A DNA stretch of 64,000 nt from an uncultured Spirochaetales bacterium. GTDB taxonomy: Bacteria; UBP6; UBA1177. Under the pieces are notes generated by a model. That model saw nothing but the letters and a program-made list of their open reading frames with translations. It had not been told where the DNA came from and made no database searches. Shown piece after piece: positions 56,207-64,000 of this stretch; within the stretch, counting starts at the first letter, position 1; each line of letters begins with the position of its first letter. The stretch is taken from positions 538,297 through 602,296 of the forward strand of contig CACYHH010000001.1 in the NCBI GenBank assembly GCA_902774115.1, written 5' to 3'. A program made the position numbers and the translations under genes.

Positions 56207-56749
56207 TCACCTTTTATTGCTGTAATCGCATCCGCAGTATTTCTGCCGGTATAAACCGTACTGCTTTGAAAGTTCGATCGAGCGCTTGTAATCCCATCTT
56301 TCAAGAAACCATCTTATCCCGAATTTTTCGGAAAGAAGTTTTCCTGTTTCGTCAAGCCAATCGAAATTTTTGTAAGGACTTATGGCTAAAGTCGTGCTCA
56401 CCGCGTCACAGCCGAGTTCCGCCGCCTTTTTGAAACTTTCGAGAAGACGCAGATAGTAGCAGATCCTGCAACGGAAACCGCCTTCGCCGCTGAGCGAAAC
56501 CGGCTCGATCAGCGAATTCCAGAAGTCGTAGTCGTATTTTCCGCGCAGAACTTTCACCGTGTTTCCGTAACGGGTTTCAATGTATCTTACAAGCTCTGAC
56601 CAGCGTTTTTCCTCTTCTTCAGCCGGAGAAATATTGGGATTGTAGTAAAAAACAGAAATTTCAGAATCGGGATTATCAATCATGATTTTTTCAAGAGTTG
56701 CGGTCGTGCATGGCGCACAACATGCATGAAGAAGAATTTTTCCACTCAT
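56207..56749 (-). CDS. queH: Epoxyqueuosine reductase QueH (DUF208)
   Basis: The HACCAPC block and a C-terminal CGCDYS cluster are present. Confidence 0.65.
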   Translation of the reverse strand: MSGKILLHACCAPCTTATLEKIMIDNPDSEISVFYYNPNISPAEEEEKRWSELVRYIETRYGNTVKVLRGKYDYDFWNSLIEPVSLSGEGGFRCRICYYLRLLESFKKAAELGCDAVSTTLAISPYKNFDWLDETGKLLSEKFGIRWFLERWDYKRSIELSKQYGLYRQKYCGCDYSNKR

Positions 56750-56754
56750 TTAAG

Positions 56755-57465
56755 CTACTTGGCAGCAGGTTTAGTTTCTTTTTTATCCTGTTTTTCCGAT
56801 TTCGAAGACTTTATTTTTTTATCGATATTGGCGATAAGCTCGTCAACAGTCTTTTCTTTAAGATTTTTTTCAAACTGCTCTCTGTAGTTTCTCGCAAGGC
56901 TTACGGTGTCGAGTTCGACATCGAAGACTTTATATTTTCCTTCGATTTTGCGGATGTGGTAAACAAGCTCGTAACCTACTGTTTTTCCTTTGAAAACACC
57001 TTGAATTTCAGACGTTATGTAAATACTTTCGGGAACACCTTTCAGATACTTTTTCTCAGTTCCCTTGTCTAAATACTTTTTCTCGTAACTTTTGTTATAG
57101 AAAAGTTTGTCAAGATAGACATCGGTAAACAGCTCTTTGATTTTATTAAACAATTCTTCTTTTTTAGCATCGGATGTTTCGAACCATTTTTTGCCCATTA
57201 TATATTCCGAAATGAAACGGTAGTCGATGATTTCCTCAACGATTTCCTTTATTTCCTTGTCTTTTGCAGCATATTTGGGAGTTCCTTTTTTCGGATTGGT
57301 GTTCGCCAGTTTTTCAAAAGCCTGCTCCTTGGTTTCAAGCAGTTTCATTGCAACTGCAACATCAAGACCTGCATCATCCGCCGGTTTATCAGCCGCGGGA
57401 GCCGTCTGCGCGAAAATGCCGAAACACCATAAGGCAGCGATTATAATTAAACCTTTCTTCATCAT
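56755..57465 (-). CDS. MlaC/Ttg2D-like phospholipid-binding periplasmic protein
   Basis: A signal peptide is followed by the pattern IDYRFISEYIMGKKWFETSDAKKEELFNKIKELFTDVY, which resembles the MlaC family. Confidence 0.5.
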   Translation of the reverse strand: MMKKGLIIIAALWCFGIFAQTAPAADKPADDAGLDVAVAMKLLETKEQAFEKLANTNPKKGTPKYAAKDKEIKEIVEEIIDYRFISEYIMGKKWFETSDAKKEELFNKIKELFTDVYLDKLFYNKSYEKKYLDKGTEKKYLKGVPESIYITSEIQGVFKGKTVGYELVYHIRKIEGKYKVFDVELDTVSLARNYREQFEKNLKEKTVDELIANIDKKIKSSKSEKQDKKETKPAAK

Positions 57466-58979
57466 TTTGCCCCTGTAAATTCAATAATATCTTCAATTTT
57501 CATGTTGTAATCGTAAATTGCCTTGATGTATTCCTGCTCGTTTTCAAAAAACGCCTTGACAGCATCGATCAGGTCTTTCGTACCGGTCGTCATGCCCGAT
57601 TCGTAATTGGCATATTCGGTCGTCATCATTCCTTTTGTCGTTTTGCGGATCTTCTTAAGGTGCGAAATGTGCGAATCGAGTGCCTTCAAGTCATTGTATT
57701 TTTTCTTGATTTGCAGCGAAACCGTCTGATCTGCAAGCAAAGCCTTCGATTTCATGTAGTTCCATTCCGCTTTGGCTTTCTGGATTTTCCTTACCTGCGC
57801 GACGATATTCAGATCGAAACTGAGGCCGACCCCTATTTCGCCGTCGTAACCGTTATACGGGCTGTTCGGTTCCGGATAGGTTCTCTCGTCAACCGAACTC
57901 GTGTATCTGAATGAATAGTAGCCGACCATTCCGAAATCAGGCAGAGTGCGTCGCACTTCAAGCCTGTAAAGTTTTTCGTAAATATAAAGCCCTTTCTGAA
58001 CATAGTTGGAATAAGGGCTTTTCTGCTTCATAAAATCGACGAGTTCGGTTTCTTCTTTCGTGAAACTCTGCTGTGTCATCTCTTTGTCGGCAAAAGCCCA
58101 GTTATCTCCCAAAACCTCGTCAATCAGCGATTTCAGGGTGTCGGTCTGGAAAACGAGCCTGTCGTATAAATACTGGATTTTCTCCTTTTCTACCAGCAGT
58201 TTGTTGAGATCTTTCTGCGTAACGCCTTCCTTTTCCTCGTAAAGCATATCACGCAGCTTCTCTTCAGCTTTGTCAAGCTCTTTCATTGCCGGTTCCATAA
58301 CTTCCAGATAATTTTGCGCCATAACCCACGACCAGTAGATTGTAGCAGCCTCTTTTTTCACTTTGAGATCAGCAATCTCGGCTTCAGCTTTTCTAAGCTC
58401 GATCTGAGCCTCTGCGGCGTGTTTTGCAGCATAAATCTTTCCGAAAGTGTAAATCGGAAGAACAAATTCGATCTTGGTTCTGATCGCGACACCCCATTTT
58501 TCGATATCGCTGTAGTATTTGCGCCACTTTCTTTCCTTGAACTCAGGCAGACCGTCGCCGTCAGCATCGGGAAGTATTTCGGAGTGTTCGTAAACATACC
58601 TCGGATGCGGTCCCAGACCTGTTCTGATCTTTATTTTGGGAAACATCTGGGCAATAACATAATCGTAATCGGCTTCCGCCATCTGGACTTTATATTTTGA
58701 AGCCTCTCCGAGACCGGTTTTCGCCATGAATTTTTCGATAAATTCATCTTTCGTATAAACCGTAAGATTGGCATTGTTTACAGATTTGTCAGTATTTTCA
58801 ATCGGTTTTTCTTTATTTTCGACAATGTTTTCAGCTGGCTTTTCCGGCCCGGTTACGGAAGCGTTTCCTTCTTCAGCCGACTCAGCCGAAATGGAAAAAA
58901 ACAAGAATATTATAAAAAAAGAAAGGAGCGCCCTTTTGAAAGACGCTCCCGAGAATGTAAAATCACAAAAATCGCTCAT
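57462..58979 (-). CDS. TolC-family outer-membrane channel protein
   Basis: It has a signal peptide and long coiled-coil repeats. The C-terminal TolC-like pattern is MKIEDIIEF. Confidence 0.55.
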   Translation of the reverse strand: MSDFCDFTFSGASFKRALLSFFIIFLFFSISAESAEEGNASVTGPEKPAENIVENKEKPIENTDKSVNNANLTVYTKDEFIEKFMAKTGLGEASKYKVQMAEADYDYVIAQMFPKIKIRTGLGPHPRYVYEHSEILPDADGDGLPEFKERKWRKYYSDIEKWGVAIRTKIEFVLPIYTFGKIYAAKHAAEAQIELRKAEAEIADLKVKKEAATIYWSWVMAQNYLEVMEPAMKELDKAEEKLRDMLYEEKEGVTQKDLNKLLVEKEKIQYLYDRLVFQTDTLKSLIDEVLGDNWAFADKEMTQQSFTKEETELVDFMKQKSPYSNYVQKGLYIYEKLYRLEVRRTLPDFGMVGYYSFRYTSSVDERTYPEPNSPYNGYDGEIGVGLSFDLNIVAQVRKIQKAKAEWNYMKSKALLADQTVSLQIKKKYNDLKALDSHISHLKKIRKTTKGMMTTEYANYESGMTTGTKDLIDAVKAFFENEQEYIKAIYDYNMKIEDIIEFTGAK

Positions 58980-58986
58980 TAAAAAA

Positions 58987-59907
58987 TTATTTCATCTGAG
59001 CTGCAACTTCTTCCGCGAAATTTTCTACTTTCTTTTCAATGCCTTCGCCGAGTTCAAAACGGTTGAAGCGTACGACTTTAAGTTCGCAGCCGACTTTCTT
59101 GCCTGTTTCTTTGATATAGTCTTTAATCTTGAGGTCGTTGTTCATAACGAACTGCTGCTCAAGCAGAGTGTTTTCAGCGATGAACTTTTTGAGTTTTCCT
59201 TCAACGATCTTTTCTGCAACAGCCTGCGGTTTTCCCAACTCCATAACCTGAGCGAGAGCAGCGTGTCTTTCGGACTCAAGCTTGTCCTGCGGGAAGGATG
59301 ACTCGTCAATGCAGTCAGGACGCATTGAAGCGATCTGCATAGCGATTCCGTCAGCCATTTCAACAACTTCCGGTTTCTTTGCACAGTCAGCGCAGCAAGC
59401 TTCGATTTCAAGCATAACGCCGATTTTTCCGCCCATGTGAACGTAAGAATGAACAAGCGATTTTTCGCCTGCTTCATATTTTACGAATCTTCTCGGTTTG
59501 ATGTTTTCGCCGATAACGGCAACAGCCTCTTTCGTCATGGTTTCGACTTCTGCATTGTAGAAGTTTTCTTCCATCGAAACGACCTGATTTTCCTCTTTTG
59601 CATTCTTTGCAAAGTAGTCAAGCATCTTTTTGGAAAGTTCTTTGAAACCGTCACTTTTTGCAGCGAAGTCTGTTTCGCAGTTGAGTTCAAGCATAAGACC
59701 TTTGTTTCCTTCGATAGAAACGAGAACAGCGCCTTCTGCCGCTACTCTGCTTGCCTTTTTAGCAGCTTTCGCAATACCCTTATCTTTAAGAATCTGCATA
59801 GCCGCATCAAGGTCGCCGTTAGCTTCCATGAGGGCTTTTTTGCAGTCCATCATTCCTACGCCGCTTTTTTCTCTGAGTTCTTTAACCAATCCTGCAGTAA
59901 TTTCCAT
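58987..59907 (-). CDS. tsf: Elongation factor Ts
   Basis: The N-terminal UBA-like block is ITAGLVKELREKSGVGMMDCKKALMEANGDLDAAMQIL. Confidence 0.9.
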   Translation of the reverse strand: MEITAGLVKELREKSGVGMMDCKKALMEANGDLDAAMQILKDKGIAKAAKKASRVAAEGAVLVSIEGNKGLMLELNCETDFAAKSDGFKELSKKMLDYFAKNAKEENQVVSMEENFYNAEVETMTKEAVAVIGENIKPRRFVKYEAGEKSLVHSYVHMGGKIGVMLEIEACCADCAKKPEVVEMADGIAMQIASMRPDCIDESSFPQDKLESERHAALAQVMELGKPQAVAEKIVEGKLKKFIAENTLLEQQFVMNNDLKIKDYIKETGKKVGCELKVVRFNRFELGEGIEKKVENFAEEVAAQMK

Positions 59908-59916
59908 AGTTTCCTC

Positions 59917-60750
59917 CTATTCTTTTTCTGCTGCTTCTTCAACTGACTCAGCTTCTTCTGTTTCAGCAGTCTGGATTCTTTTAACGCGGACTTTTCTGCC
60001 GGCAACGCTTCTCGTTTCGCCTCTTGCCGGTCTTTCTTTCTTGTCTTTCTGCTCGGTAGCGATCTTCTGTTTGTAAATATCGAGACCTTCCATGTAAGCG
60101 TCAACGATGTCGGAAGTTACGAGAGAGATGCAGCGCATACCGTCGTCGTTTGCCGGAATGAGATAGTCGATTCCGTCAGGATTTCCGTTTGTATCGATGA
60201 TTGCGATTATCGGAATACCGAGTTTCTGAGCTTCGTGAACTGCAAGATGTTCTTTCATCGGGTCAACGATAAAGATTGCACCCGGCATTTTTTCCATTTT
60301 CATAACGCCTGCAAGGTTCTTTTCGAGTTTGTCTTTTCTCTTTTCGATGTCTGCAAGCTCTTTTTTCTTGTACATTCTTCTCTTTTCTGTGTTGAGGATC
60401 TCTTCGAACTTCTGGAACTTCTTGACCGACTGGTTGATCGTTACGAAGTTGGTGAGCATTCCGCCGAGCCAGCGGTAGTTAACGTAAGGAACATCCGCTC
60501 TTTCAGCTTCTTCCTTGATAACTTCCTGAGCCTGTCTTTTTGTTCCGACAAGGAAGATAACTTCGCCCGCCATACCAAGTTCTTTTACGAACTTTTTAGC
60601 GTCTTCGATGAGTTCCATCGTCTTCTGAAGGTTGATGATGTGGATGTTGTTCCTTTCGGTGAAGATGTACGGAGCCATTTTGGGGTTCCATTTCTGTTTC
60701 TGGTGTCCGAAGTGAGCACCGGCTTTGAGCATTTCTCTTAATTCAGGCAT
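59917..60750 (-). CDS. rpsB: 30S ribosomal protein S2
   Basis: The sequence LKAGAHFGHQKQKWNPKMAPYIF is S2. The start is taken at the internal MPEL. Confidence 0.9.
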   Translation of the reverse strand: MPELREMLKAGAHFGHQKQKWNPKMAPYIFTERNNIHIINLQKTMELIEDAKKFVKELGMAGEVIFLVGTKRQAQEVIKEEAERADVPYVNYRWLGGMLTNFVTINQSVKKFQKFEEILNTEKRRMYKKKELADIEKRKDKLEKNLAGVMKMEKMPGAIFIVDPMKEHLAVHEAQKLGIPIIAIIDTNGNPDGIDYLIPANDDGMRCISLVTSDIVDAYMEGLDIYKQKIATEQKDKKERPARGETRSVAGRKVRVKRIQTAETEEAESVEEAAEKE

Positions 60751-60762
60751 TTTTTCCTCCAA

Positions 60763-60929
60763 GAATTACCTGTTAATAATCTTCCCTCCGCATCCCGCTC
60801 ACTCTCAAACAAGAGACAGGCACGGGACTAACGCACGGAGGTGCTTCAAAAAAACGCGCGATTTTACACTTAAATATTTAAAAGTCAATATAAATTGTCG
60901 TTTCAGCTCTAAATTATATGGATTTTAAT
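60763..60929 (-). promoter_or_regulatory. rpsB promoter and structured leader (TTGACT -N16- TAAAAT, followed by a GC-rich stem CCTCCGTGCG...CGGGATGCGGAGG)
   Basis: On the minus strand the -35/-10 pair has 16-nt spacing. A ~50-nt imperfect hairpin is clamped by CCTCCG/CGGAGG ahead of the ribosome-binding site. Confidence 0.4.
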
Positions 60930-62087
60930 CTAATCTACGACTACTTTCGGGATCCTGTCGGAAAGACGCGCTACGACTTCATAGTTGATTGTCCCTGCAA
61001 GGGCAGCGACCTGTTCTGCGCGAATGATCTGGTCTCCCTGCTCGCCGATGAGAACGACTTCGTCCTCCGCTTTGACATCGGGAATGTCGGTGACATCGAT
61101 CGTGGTGAGGTTCATCGCGATCCTGCCGATGACGGGAGCGCGCTTTCCGTGGACGAGGACATAGCCCTGATTGGAAAGCTTTCTGTCGTAACCGTCACTA
61201 TAACCAATCGGAATTATTGCTATGTTTGAATCGCGCGTCATCTGGTGAGAGCAGCCGTATCCGACGAAATCGCCCGCTTTTATGGTTTTGACCTGCCCTA
61301 TCACGGTTTTCCACGAAAGAACGGGGGCCAGAATGTGCTCCGGGCCGTGGCCGTGCTCGATTATGTAGCTGAGATAAGTCTCTTTCGAAGGCCAGAGACC
61401 GTACTGTGCGATGCCGAGACGGACCATGTTGAAGTGTGTGTTGTTGTATATCGTCGCGGCCGCACTCGATGCGAAGTGCATGTCGAAACCTGAGAAACCG
61501 GCTTCGCGGATGTATGAAATCTCTCTTTTGAAGCGCTCTATCTGGAATCTCGCGTATGAGTGGTCGGTCGTGTCCTCGATATTTGCGAAGTGGCTGTAAA
61601 CCGCTCTGAGCCTGACGTTCGTGCACTTTTTGAGTTCTTCAAGAAATGCGATAAGCGCCTGACCGGCGATTCCCTGTCTGTTCGTTCCGGTTTCGATCTT
61701 GAGGTGGATATTCACCGTTTTTCCGAGAGATTTCGCGATATTGTCGTAATTGTGCAGATATTCAGGATCGCAGCAGAGAACTTCGATATCGTTTTCGACA
61801 GCCGCTTTCGCCATTCTTTTAATGGTGGGTCCGACAACGACGATGCGCTGCGTGAAACCGTGCTTTCTGAGAGTCAGAGCCTCGTCGATGCTGTGGACGC
61901 AGAAGACCCTGATTCCGCACTCGTCCGCGAAATGGGCTATCTCGACCATTCCGTGACCGTAAGCGTTCGCCTTGATGACGACTGCGAGTTCAGTCCCGGC
62001 GTTCAGTCTCCCTTTAAAAAACTCGATGTTTTTTCTGTAAGCCGACCGTGAAATCTCGATCCAGCTTGAATAAAGAGCTTCACTCAT
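60930..62087 (-). CDS. alr: Alanine racemase
   Basis: The PLP-lysine motif is AVVIKANAYGHG. 385 aa. Confidence 0.85.
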   Translation of the reverse strand: MSEALYSSWIEISRSAYRKNIEFFKGRLNAGTELAVVIKANAYGHGMVEIAHFADECGIRVFCVHSIDEALTLRKHGFTQRIVVVGPTIKRMAKAAVENDIEVLCCDPEYLHNYDNIAKSLGKTVNIHLKIETGTNRQGIAGQALIAFLEELKKCTNVRLRAVYSHFANIEDTTDHSYARFQIERFKREISYIREAGFSGFDMHFASSAAATIYNNTHFNMVRLGIAQYGLWPSKETYLSYIIEHGHGPEHILAPVLSWKTVIGQVKTIKAGDFVGYGCSHQMTRDSNIAIIPIGYSDGYDRKLSNQGYVLVHGKRAPVIGRIAMNLTTIDVTDIPDVKAEDEVVLIGEQGDQIIRAEQVAALAGTINYEVVARLSDRIPKVVVD

Positions 62088-62134
62088 AGTCTCTCCTGAT
62101 AAAAAAAACGGGGTCTTGCGACCCCGCCGAAAAG

Positions 62135-63433
<1,299 letters not shown>

Positions 63434-63665
63434 TCATCTCCAAAAAAACAAGTTAATAAAAAACCGGCGGTGATACTACAACCTTTTAAGATTATAACAA
63501 GTATTTGAGGGAAAAAATGTGATAAAAAATCTGCTGCTCTGCAAAACATAACAGAAAGTGTTATGAACTGTAGAGTGCTTGAAAAAAATCTGCAAAATTG
63601 CACGGAAAATAAGATAATTTTTTGAATTTTTGTGTATAATGCGGCGGATTTTGGCGGAGGAAAAG

Positions 63666-64000
63666 ATGGATAAGCTGACAGAACTTACCGATACGATCAA
63701 CGAATATATCGCTCTCGGCATCAACGAACAGCTTGATTACGACAAATTCTATCTTTATTCGATCATCACCCACTCCACGGCGATAGAAGGCTCGACTGTC
63801 ACCGAAATCGAAAACCAGCTCCTCTTTGACGAGGGGATCAGCGCGAAAAAACCGATGGCGGAAATCCTTATGAACCTCGACCTCAAAGCCGCTTACGAGC
63901 AGAGTTTTGTCTATGCGAAGGAACATGCTACTTTTTCCCCCGAACTTTTGTGCAGCCTCGCCGCGATCGTGATGAAAAACACAGGCTCGGAATACAAAAC
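63666..64000 (+). CDS. Fic-family protein, N-terminal part (truncated by the window end)
   Basis: The N-terminal block IITHSTAIEGSTVTEIE carries the SxxxEG inhibitory-type motif seen in Fic proteins. There is no stop before the window end. Confidence 0.5.
   Translation, partial: MDKLTELTDTINEYIALGINEQLDYDKFYLYSIITHSTAIEGSTVTEIENQLLFDEGISAKKPMAEILMNLDLKAAYEQSFVYAKEHATFSPELLCSLAAIVMKNTGSEYK

Overview
This ~64 kb chromosomal segment comes from a diderm, probably anaerobic bacterium that uses sigma70-type -35/-10 promoters. A DUF1566-rich lipoprotein, a Bacteroides-type Bat aerotolerance operon and a GC content near 46% are compatible with Fibrobacterota or a relative, but the sequence alone cannot fix the taxon. 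Most of the window is housekeeping. It holds a truncated ABC-F ATPase, pyrE, gltX, gpmI, metG, potABCD, aat, rsmE, def, clpS-clpA, an M18 aminopeptidase, kbl, a 1521-aa tandem UvrA-like protein, queH, an MlaC/TolC-like pair, tsf, rpsB, alr and eno. Accessory content is concentrated in four places. The first is a ~7.5 kb island at roughly 1.0-8.5 kb. It carries a RhuM-family gene flanked by 40-70 bp direct repeats, a hypothetical protein with a helix-hairpin-helix motif and a nuclease-like C-terminus, an 806-aa fused endonuclease/N6-adenine methyltransferase (type IIG-like), a HigB/HigA-like toxin-antitoxin pair and a double-ORF6N protein. That ORF6N protein shares a C-terminal domain with the RhuM paralog. 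The second is three Fic-domain genes, one of which sits in a ~1.2 kb insertion that duplicates the last 28 bp of potD. The third is a translationally coupled DUF3791-DUF3990-DUF3791 triad. The fourth is a solute-binding-protein/permease fusion with no ABC partner nearby. An ~85 bp promoter-like element is shared upstream of pyrE and the uvrA paralog, and its CCGCCGGTTT core recurs upstream of eno and the ORF6N gene. One hypothetical gene next to a Fic gene is split by an in-frame TAG. I saw no rRNA, tRNA, CRISPR array, transposase or integrase. The many ORF-track entries that lie antisense to long genes are treated as spurious.
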